Of a stretch of 64,000 nt of DNA, positions 33,480 to 44,800 are shown piece after piece. Every line of letters begins with the position of its first letter. The stretch's first letter is position 1. A program made the position numbers and the translations under genes. The stretch comes from Leucoraja ocellata. Lineage: Eukaryota. The stretch is taken from the NCBI GenBank assembly GCA_036785375.1, contig JAWMAR010000201.1, positions 186,001 through 250,000 on the forward strand, in the 5' to 3' direction. The notes under the pieces were generated by a model. It was not told the origin of the DNA. It made no database searches and saw only the letters and a list, made by a program, of their open reading frames with translations.

Positions 33480-34960
33480 TTTCATTGGGTCCGCAGATTG
33501 ATCAGCATCTGCGACCAGTTTGAGTCGGCCACGTGAGCCAGGGTGAACCGAAGGAAGAGCGAGGCCATGCTCTTTGGCAACTGGCCCGACCGATCTTCCA
33601 TCCCCTTCCCCATTAAGCCTGACTTCTTGAAGGTGCTGATCCTGTGACCGTGGCTGAGGGGCGGGGGCTGAGGCGTGTGACAAGAATTGGCTGGAACGGA
33701 TAGACAAGGTGGGGAAGAAGCTGGAAGCAACTCTCCCTCTCCATAATGGGGGAAAATTTGGTCATCAGGTGTGAGGTGCTCTCGGGGCTGCTGTACTTGG
33801 CGCAGGTGTGGCCAGTCCCTTCCTCCTACGCCACAGGGTTCACCCGGGCCATCATACAGTTTATCTGGGGGTCGAGGATAGACCGGCTGCGACGGGCCAC
33901 AATGCACGTCGGCAGACAAAGGGGTAAAAAACGTGCCCAACGTCGCCCTCACCCTGATGGCCACCTTCATGTGTGGCTGCATCAGGCGGAGTGTAGAGCC
34001 AAGGTACGTTGGCACCAAGTGTCACTTCCTGCTGAGGTTCTACCTGTCCCCGGTGTTGCGAAGGATGGGCCTGGCGCAGATGCCACGCTATGTGCCAGTC
34101 AGCTGGACATTGCCGCCCCATCTGTCATTTGTGGAAAGGTTCTTCCGGACCAACACCTTTGACCACAAGTCCATCGGGCAGTGGCCAGCACAGAACGTTC
34201 TGCAGGCACTGCAGGGAAAGGACTCCGGTGGCGAGGTTCCCAGAGAAGACTGCCCAGCTTGTCTGGTAAAATGCCTCATCGCCAGAACTCACCAACAAGC
34301 ACCAAGACCTGGCTTGGCTGGCGGTGAGGGGAGCCCTCCCAGTCTGATCCTTCCTGCACCGTCGGAACCTCACTACCAGCGCACGCTGCCCTTGGGACAG
34401 CTGCTGTGGAAAGGAGACGGTTGCCCACCTCTTCGCAGAGTGTGGATTCTGCAAGGGTCCCTGTCACTGTTTATTCCGAACAGCTCCATCACAGAGGACT
34501 GTGATTTACGAGTGCTGCTGGAAGGTCATCAACTCGGTGAAAGAAGCTCTTTGGTCTGCCCGAGCGTTGTTCACCACCCAGCAGAGCGAGATGTCCGTCA
34601 GGGAATGTTGCCGACTGGCCCGCTGCAGACTGCAGGAGTAAGTGCTGAGGGAAACACAAGCTCGGTGCAGCCAACGCCAAGGATCTCTCGTGGAGGACCA
34701 CAATCTAGGGTCCTTCCGCTGCTGGACATTGGGGGCAGGGTGTGGTGGAGACACCCCTCAAAATAAGGGTAGGGATCCCACGCCCGTGGGCCACATGAGT
34801 GCCAAGGATGGGGGATAAATTTGTGAAATTTGCGCATTGTATGTAGACTATTGAATAATCTGCATAGCCTCCGAAAATGTCAGATTAATTTTTTGCATGG
34901 TTCATGTATTGCATATATTTATCACCTGAATTATGTCTATTTTGAAATTTTTAAAAAGAA
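33480..34960 (+). mobile_element. Tx1-type LINE 3' part
   Basis: NLVIRCEVLSGLLYLAQVWP...IQFIWG...PNVAL...DLAWLAVRGALPV...CPWDSC...ETVAHLFAEC. Confidence 0.8.
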
Positions 34961-35848
34961 ATTTGTTTTATTCAGATATATTCACATTTACAGGGGGGAG
35001 GAATAAATGTCCGGTCGTTACAGACAACTTGCAATTTCATCACAGAACAAACACAATTGGAAACCTTTGCAGCCGTCTTTAGTTCCAGGAACGGTCCGTT
35101 GTTTGTTGGGATCATTCGTTGGGCACAGGCTCTCTTCTGATTCTGTGCCCACGGCTCTCTCCCTCTCCCGACTCGCAGACACAGCACCTCACCACCTCAA
35201 ACTCTCCTCTCCTTCCCAGACTCTCTCACACTCCAACCTCACTCCTACCTCCTCCCGGCTTCCGGACCCCTGATCACTCTGTCACCTGCCATTCCCAATC
35301 AACATTCTCTCCCTCTCCCCATAAGGCAGCCTCTTTTCCCATGCTCACCCAATCCACAGCCCCACCCAGCCATCCTCACTCTACTCTTTACACATCCAGA
35401 CCTCCTTCTGCTCTGCCCTTCCCCCACTCTTTATCCTTATGATCCTCCCTCATTCATCTGTCCTTCCCCATGCCAACAATCTTCCTTCCAACCCCTCCAT
35501 CTCCCTTCTTATTCCTGACACCTCTGCCCCCCCCCCCCCCTCCCTCCCACCCGAACCCTCTACCTTCATTTCCTCTTATCCTTTGTCACTTCTCTCTATC
35601 TCTCCTCCCTATCCGTCCCTCACCCTCCCCACCTCTGGCTGCCATAACTCTTCTCACCCTCCCGACCTTCCTGCTGACTTCCCTTTGTAGAGTAGGGAGT
35701 GCGAGAGGGGAGGTACGGGGAGGAGTGCCGGGAAGGAGAGGGACGGGAAAGAGAAAATGGGGAAGAGGAGAGGAAGGGAAGTGAGTGAGGAGCAGTGGCA
35801 GAGGGAGGCGGAAAAGCAGATGTGGAGAAGGAAAGAGGTGAGGGGAAG

Positions 35849-35898
35849 TCATTCAGTCTTGTGAGGCCTGTCTGCAGTTCCACTGACAGGGCGGGCGC
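35849..35898 (-). CDS. Gene B exon 5, tail [16 protein letters not shown]
   Basis: Same acceptor and stop as gene A. Candidate minus-strand AATAAA at 34972-34967. Confidence 0.75.
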
Positions 35899-38800
35899 CT
35901 GTGGGGAGAGAGATAGGAGAGAAGTCAGTGCACCCTACGAGAGTCCACATGAGATGAAACACCTGTCCGTTTACCTTCACCCTCTATCCAGTGACCCTAG
36001 CGTTCCTTCCAGCTGAGAAAGACGTTCACATGCACCTCCTCTAACCTCAATTACTACATCCAGTTTTCCCAATATAGCCTCCTGTACACTGGGCAGGTCA
36101 AGCATGGACTCTTTGGTTCAATGAACAGTTACGGTTGGTCCGCCAATGCCAACAGTATTTCCCATTTGCTATCATTTTAACTCATAACTGAATTCATATT
36201 ATCCAGCCCAACGGCTATACAGGAAGCAATGACGAAACAATTAAACTATAGGACATTCGGAAGAAGGTTGCAATCCATATGTTTCAAAACACGTGCCAGG
36301 TACTGGCAGCAACGTTTAATGACACAGCGATCACATAATCTCTGATGGTATTGATGACAACATTAAAGTTTGGGACCTCTGACAAAACAGGTTAATTTAT
36401 ACCATGCGTGGTCATACAGACTCAGTGACTGGTTTGACACTGAGTGAGGTAAAAGAGAACATCACCATCCTCGCTGACCACATCCTGGAAGCCATGGGGA
36501 AGGGTCGAAGAACAGTACCATGACTACAATCTCCCAGGAGGATGGTGGCCTTTCGGGATGTTTGGAGGCTGGTGGACAACAGTGGTGCACTGGGAACTGA
36601 CCATTGGGACAATCTTGTTGGCCATAATATTACAGCCTTCTATGTGCGGATTTGCATCACGACCATGTGGACTTTACTAAAGCCTGTGGGCCGGATGTGA
36701 TGAGGTAAAGCCTGTGGGCCGGATGTGACGGTAACCAGATTGTTCAAGGGATGGAATGTTATATGAGAAATTTTCAAGTTCATGTACGAGAGCGGTTCTC
36801 AGATGGGTTCAGACGTGATCAGCGCCGCAGATGGAGGCAGAGAGAGAGAGAGATGTGTGCTGCTGTAAAACTGGACCCTGGGCATACCGAGACAAGTATT
36901 CTTTTTGTCCTCTCTTGCCAAAAAAACAAATTTGTAACTAAACAGATGAGTGAGCCTTTTTCTGTTCTACTAGTCGGATCCTTGAGCCTAAGGTGGACAC
37001 AAAATGCTGGAGTAACTCAGCGGGACAGGCAGCATCTCTGGAGAGAAGGAATGGGTGATGTTTCCGGTCGAGACTCTTCTTCAGATTGCTGGCAGGGGAG
37101 TGGGCGGGACAGGGATAGAATGTAGTCGGAGACAGTAAGAGATGGGAGAACTGGGAAGGGAGCGGGGATAGAAAGATCGGGAAAGCAAGGGCTATTTGAT
37201 GTCAATATTCATACCGCTGGGATGTAAGCTACGCAAGCAAAATATGAGGTGCTGTTCCTCCAATTCGCGCTAGGACTCACTCTAAGAATAGAGAAGGCCC
37301 AGAACCGAAAGGTCAGATTGGGAATGGGAGGGTGAGTTAAACTGCTGAGCAACCGGGAGATCAGGCAGGTTAAGGCAACTGAAACGATCGCTGAGCCTGC
37401 GCTTGGTCTCACCGATGTACAGAAGTTGATACCTGGAACAGCGGATACCATAGATGAGGTTGGAGGAGGTGCTAGTGAACCTCTGCCTCACCTGAAAAGA
37501 CTGTTGGGGTCCTTGGATGGAGTCGAAGGGGGAGGTATAGGGACAGGTGTTGCATCTCCTGCAGTTTCAGGTGAAAGTACCTGGGGAGAAGGTGGTTTGA
37601 GTGGGAAGGGCCGAGTTGACTAGGGAGTTACGGAGGAAAGGGTGTCTGCAGAAAGCAGAAAGGGGTGGAGATGGGAAGATGTTGCCAGTAGTGGGGTGGT
37701 GAAAGGATTATATGTTGTATGCAGCGGCTGGTGGGGTGGAAGGTGAGGCCAAGTGGGACTCTTTCCTTGTTGCGAATGGGGAGCAAGAGCAGAGCTGCGG
37801 GATATCGAGGAGACCCTAGTGGGAGCCTCATCTATAATGATTGAGGAGAGCATCATCTATAATGGAAGAGTCGAAATTCCATTTCCTAAAGAATGAGGAC
37901 ATCTCCGATGATCATGGAAAGCCTCGTCCTGGGTGCAGATGCAGCATAGACGAAGGAATTGGGAGTAGATGACAGTCTTTACAGGAAGCAGGGTGGGAAG
38001 AAGTGTAGTCTAGATATCTATGGGAGTCAGTAGGTTAGTAGTAGATGTCAGTCAATAGTCTGTCTCCTGTGATGGAGACGGTGATATTCAGAAACGGTAG
38101 GGAGAGTTCGGAGATGGTCCAAGCGAACCTGTTTCCTTGCTGCAGCTACTCCAGCACTTTGTGACCTTTTCTGAATTAAACAATGGCTGCAGTTCATTGT
38201 TTCTACATTTTAACTGCAAACACTTAAAAACCGCACTCACTGATGATGTGGGTGGCGACCGTGACGGAGATGAGAATCAGAAGCAGGACGGCTGCGACCG
38301 TGGCCCTCAACCAACATCCACAGAGACAGCTACTCAACCCTGGTGAAAGAAGAGGGGATCACTCATCAGAGAGACTGCACTGGGCCTTGTTCACAAACTC
38401 AGCAAGAACTTGGGGCCCACATCGTAGACTGACTTCAAATAACTGCGACAGCGCTGTCCATTCACACACTCCCAGAACATGGACAGACACAGAGTGAAGC
38501 TCTCAAGGTCGGATACAGAGTGGCACTGCTCCGACAGCTGATAAGTTTATAAGTAACCCTTGAAAGGTTTTCGTTGAAGGAAGAGGGACAGAAATAGTGA
38601 GATTTCAAGGTTAGACATAACGTCGGACTGCAGGGACTTCTCTTTTCAAAGGATTTCTCCATTTAGTGAGGAATTCCAGCGCTTTTCTGGAGTTCCGTAG
38701 GAGCGGCAGTGGCTGGTGAATTACCAACTGTACCTGGAGACTGGGAGTCGGACAAAAGCGGTGTTTGTGGTTTCGAGCATCATAACTCTGCTCCCATACC

Positions 38801-41800
38801 ATTTTGCCCAGACCAGGTTGCCTGGGCATAAACAAAGAGAAGGTACTTTTTGAATCCGGCAGTTTCTGGAGGCTCGGAAGACCTGGTAAAAGCCTCCTAA
38901 AAAGCTGCTCCCAGCAGAGAAGATAAGTGTGGGCATTTTCCTTGCTTGGCTGGAGAGAACTGCTTCTGCTGCTCTAAAAGAACCAGTAACAACAGCAGTT
39001 TGAGCTTAAAAGCGGTCTCAGTCTAAAAGACTCCGAGACCGCTTTTAAGCTCAAACTGCTGTTGTTTCCGGTTCTGGTTTGTACCCCAGGTACAAACTGG
39101 AAGGCACTCCCGTGAGGGCGGCCCGGCTCCGGAGGTTATAGAGGAGGTTGAACTCCTTGTTGACCTAATATCATTGGAGGAGTTGACTGGTGCCTTGCAC
39201 AGGAGGGGTAAGGCACCAGGGCTAGATGGGCTGACCATAGAGTTTGTTAGAACCTTCTGGGATGTCCAAGGGGGATTACACAAAGGTCCTAGGGGAGAGC
39301 CTGGTGACCGGGGAGATGCCCCTATTGTGGTGCAGGGCAGTCGTTGTCCTGCTAACCAAGAAGGGTAATCTCCACCTGTTGAAGAACTGGTGCCCGGTCT
39401 CTCTCCTCAGTACAGAGTATAATGTTTTTGCCCCATCAATGGCAAATCGCCTGGGTTTCATGCTGTCCTGACTGATCCACCCGGACCAGTCCTACACAGT
39501 CCCTGGCTCGTCCATTCAAGAAAACATCTACCTGGTTAGGGACCTGATCCAATTGTCCCAGGGGGCTGGTCAGTCAGTTGCTTCTCTATCCCTTGATCAG
39601 GAGAAGGCATTTGACAGGGTAGATCATCACTACCTTTTTGGGACATTGCAGGCGTTTGGATTTGGACCGCATATTGTGGCCCGGGTCCGGCTTTTGTACG
39701 CCCCAGCGGAGTGCCACGTAAAGTTAAATGGTTCGTTGTTGGCACCCATTCACTTTGGGAGGGGGGTACGCCAGGGGTGTCCCATGTCTGGTCAGTTGTA
39801 CTCAGTCTGTGTGGAGCTGTTCCTGTGTCTTCTTCGGAGGCGGTTGACAGGCCTGACTTTGCCAGGACCGGGAGTTGGGGGTTGTTCTCTCGGCCTACGC
39901 CGACAATGTGCTCCTTATGTTCACTGACCCTGTTGCCCTGCGGAGGAGGCGTGAGTGCCAGCATGTTTTCTCGGCCGCATCCTCCACCAGGATCGACTGG
40001 AGTAAGTGTTCCAGACTTTTGGTGAGTCAGTGGCAGGTGGACTCTCTACCGGAGGAGATGACATCTTATGCGTTGAGCACTACACAACTCCTCTACCTGG
40101 GCATCTACCCAAATCCCACTGAGGATGCTTGGCCGACAAACTGGCAGAAGCTGGAGACGAAAGTCGTCGCCTGGCTGGGACGCTGGTCAGTCTTGCTCAG
40201 AGGGCTTGACCTTTGAAGGTAGAGTGCTGGTGGCCTGCATGTTATGGTACCAGCTGGCCACTCTTCTCCCGCCATCTACCTTTGATACAGAAGAGGTTAG
40301 TGAGTTTCCTCTGGGGAGACAAGAAGCACTGGGTTTCCATAGCGGTCCTGAGTCTCCCGTTAGAGGAGGGTGGCCAGTCCTTGCTATGCGTGCGTACTCA
40401 GGTGGGGGCCCTCCGTCTCAGGACCCTGCGGAGGTACGTGTATGCAGAACATCCTCCAAGATGGCACACTCTGACCACGTATATTTTCCGCCAAGGCCGT
40501 TGCCTAGAGGGGGGTTTGCAGATCCCGGTGGCGGGCATCAGTCGACCCACCACATGGAATCTGTACAGTTTCTACCGTGATGCCTTGAGAATTATGAATC
40601 TGGTCACCTTCAGCCAGTGTGCTGCTCCTCAGGGGGAGGAGGGTGTTGTAACTGCGAGGGTGGCCAGTCCTCACCCTGTCATGGTGGGTGTTGAGAAGAG
40701 GCGTGTGCTCGGAATGATTCCGACCGAGCTGACCACCGCGATACCCCATAACCCGTCTCCAACAGCCACGACCCACGAATGAGCCGATCCCAGCTCATTT
40801 CCACCCACCAGTTTAACTCTTCCCTCCTCATTCAGTTCAGCCAGTAGTTGCTGGAGGAAGTTCACACGTGTCATGTGCCCCCTTCCCGAACACTGCCCGC
40901 ACTCATCCACAAACTCTCCACTGTGTCCTGTTTATGGCTCTGTATCCTGAGAATCTCTCCAGTTCCATATCTTTTGTCACACTTGTCAGAATTGCCCATT
41001 GAGACCAGGTCCCGGAATCTTTCCTGGGAGCCGGCCCTACACAACACGAGCCGCCTTTCCAAGATGCCCAGCGTGCCATTCCGTGCAGATTGCTCCTGCA
41101 CACTCTCCATTTCCTCACCCTCGTCTTCCATCCGGACACGCCCTGGCGGTCTGAGTTACCACCTGACGGCGGGAGAGGTCCCCAGTGGAGGTCTCCCCCT
41201 TTACATCGGAGACCTGGGGTGCAGAGTGTTGCACAGAGACGTGGTGTGTAACAGATGTTTAAGTCGATTCACAGACTCGGTAACTGTCTGTAACTTCTGT
41301 GGCAAGAACGAGGCCGTGTACCACGTGTATATGGAGCTTGAGAGGTTGCAGCCCCTGTATGAGTATCTGAAGGGGCTGCTCCTCTGGTTCTGGTTGCATT
41401 TTAGTCCCATGATTCTGGTATTTGGGCACAAGGCAGGGAGTGGGGATTGTCGATCAGGAGGGTAGGATCTCTTTGTCGGTTTGCTCCAGGTCCAGTCAAT
41501 GCCCACACTAAAGTCGGCTGCCTGCCCCTCTTCCAGGCCTATGTCTGTGATCGCATGTCCCTGGAGAGGGAACATGTGGTGTCCACGGGGACTCTGGTGG
41601 CCTTCCATGAACAATGACCTTCCGCATCTTTACAATGAATGCATTGTAAAGATGCCATTAGTGTTTTATGATGATTGCCTGATGCAATGTGACTATTGAA
41701 CGTTTTTGTACTTTCTGGTACACTGTAATATGCAATTATTGAATAAAGTATTTGGAAGGGAAAAAAAAACGTGAAGCTCCCTCTGCACTGTCTCAATGAA

Positions 41801-44800
41801 CAATTAAACCACAACATTCTTCAAACCTGATTCGCCCTCTGACACTCACCAGATGTGGTCTGTTTGCAGATGTTCTTCAGCCGGATCTGTGCCGTGCCTT
41901 CACTGACCTGGTTCCTGGCCTCACACCTGTACACAACGTCCCCGACCTCTGCTGTGTGATGAACCTGTATTGTCTTTCCATGTCCCTCGAGGTGATGGGT
42001 GATGTTGTTTCCCGAAGCCTCCTTCCACCACGTGAAGTTGATGGGGCCACCAGAGGTCACGAAGCAGGTCAGGGTGAAGTTGCAGATCTCAGTGATGTTC
42101 TCAGCCTTGATCTGTGTTCCTGACACGGGCTCTGAGGTTGGGGCAGAGAGAAGAAAGATGAGTAAAGGAGATCCTTGTGGACCCCTCGATACCCCATAAC
42201 CCGTCTCCAACAGCCACGACCCACGAATGAGCCGATCACAGCTCATTTCCACCCACCAGTTTAACTCTTCCCTTCCCATTCAGTTCAGCCAGTTGTTGCT
42301 GGAGGAAGTCCACACGTGTGATGTGCCCCCTTCCCGAACACTCCCCGCACCCATCCACAAACTCTCCACTGTGTCCTGTTTATGGCTCTGTTCCCTGGGA
42401 ATCTCTCCAGTTCCATATCTTTTGTCACTTGTGAGTGGTCCCAGTGTTCCTTAAAAACTCGAGTGTGACCCAACTCAGACCGGCCCAGAACCTGGCCAAC
42501 AGTGGCAGCCCTGGGACTGTGATGGACACAGACCCAGACTGGGTAGCGTGCTGTGTTCCAGAGTGAATCCAGCACGTGCAGATCCTGGGCCACCTATTGT
42601 AGTAGGATCTTGATTAGTTGGGCAGGTGAGCTGACGAATGGTTAATGGAGTTCAGGTTTGGTCACCCTGCTACAGGAAGGATGTTGTTCGGCTGGAAAGA
42701 GTGCAGGGAAGATTTACAAGAATATGACCAGGACGTGAGGGCCAACGGTATAGGGAGAGTTTGGGCAGGCTAGGACTTTATTCATTGGAGCAGGAATATG
42801 ATCTGTATAATATACATCTTATAGAAGTTTAGTTTAGAGATACAGTGTAGAAACAGGCCCTTCAGCCCACCGAGTCCACACCGACCATCATGCACCTCCG
42901 ATTTCTCAATTCTCTCCCTATTTAGAAATTAGTCTACGCCTTTATTCCTACTACCAATATACTTGATTCCACACTTTGCTACACTATATTCCATCTGCCA
43001 CTTGTCTGCCCACAATCCTAAGTCCTTCTGCAGACTTCTTGTTTTCTTTGCACTACCTGCCCTTCCACCTATTTTCGTATCATCCGCAAACTTGGCCACA
43101 AAGCCTTCAATCCTCTCATCCAAATCATAAATATATATACAACTAGAAGAGTAGCGGCCTCAGCACCAACCCCTGTGGAACTCCACTAGTCACTGGCAGC
43201 CAACTAGAAAAAGCCCCCTTTTTTGCCGCTCTTTGTCTTCTGCCATCCAGCCAGCCTGCTATCCATGCACGTATCTGCCCTTTGATACTGTGGGCTCTCA
43301 TCTTTCTTATCAGCCTCACATGTGGCACCTTATCAAAGGCTTTCTGAACATCTAGGTAAACAACATGTACTGACTCTCCTTTGTCTGTCCTGCTATTTAT
43401 TTCTTCAAAGAATTCCAGCAAATCTGTCAAGCAAGACCTCCCCTTCACAAAGCCATGCTGACTTCGGCTTATTTTATCATGAACTAAGTACTCTGAACCT
43501 CATCATTTATAATAGACACTAAAATCTTACCAACCACCGGTCAGACTAACCAGCCTATAGATTCCACTATTCTGCTTTGCTCCCTTCTTGTGCAGCGGGG
43601 CATTTTTCCAATCATCTGGGACCTCTCCTGTCTCGAGTGATTCTTGAAATCTCACTGCCAATGCCTCCACAATCTCTAAAGCCACCTCTTTCGGAAGCCT
43701 ACGATACAGTCCATCTGGTCCAGACGATTTAACCACCTTCAGCCCTTTCAGCTTCCCAAGCACCTTCTCCCTACTAATAACCACTCCACTAACTTCTACC
43801 CCTTGACTTTCTTGATTTCAGGCACGTTGCTGGTGTCTTCCACTGTGAAGACTGATGCAAAAAGTTATTCAACTTCTCTGCCATTTCTTTATTCCCCATT
43901 ATCACTTCTCCTGCATCATTCTCCAGTGACCCAACTTCCACTCTTGCCTCTTTCTTACTCTTTATATAACTGAAGAAACTTTTGCTCTCCTCTTTTATAT
44001 AATTGGCTAGCTTATCTTTGTATTTCATCTTTTCTCCCCATATTGCCTTTTTAGTTCTTCTGTTGTTCTTTAAAAGCTTCCCAATCCCCCCACTAATATT
44101 TGCTATGTTATATCCCTCCTCTCTTAGTTTTATACTGTCCTTGATTTCCCTTGTCAGCCACAGTCACCTCTTTCACCCCCCAAGAACCTTTCTTCCTCTT
44201 TGGAATGAAAAGATCCCACATCTTCCGGATTATGCCCAGAAATTCCTGCCATTGGTGTTCCACTGTCACCCCTGCTAGGGTTTCTTTCCAGTGAACTTTG
44301 GCCAGCCCCTTCCTCATGCCTCTGTAGTCCCCGTTACTCAGCTGCAATACTGACACATCTGATTCTCCCTCTCAAATTGCAAATTGAAACTTATCATGAT
44401 GTGATTGTTACCTCCTAATGATTCCTTTACCTTGCGTTCCCTTATCAAATCCGGTTCATTACATAACACTAAATCCAGAATTGCCTTTTCCCTATTAGGC
44501 TCTAGTACAAGCTGCTCCAAGAATCCATCTCTGAGGAACTCTACAAATTCCAGTACCAACCTGGTTTTTACAGTCTATCTGCATATTGAAATCTCCCATG
44601 ACCACCGTTGCATTGTCTATTTTTGCATGCCAATTTTATCTCTTGATGTAACTTGTACCCTATATCCTGGCTAATGTTTGGGGTCCTGTAAATAACTAAC
44701 TAACAGAGCTACCCCACCCCCTCTGCCCACCTTTCTGTCTTTCCGATAGGACGTACACCCCTGAATACTTGAATGACCAAATGGCCTACCTACTCCTAGA

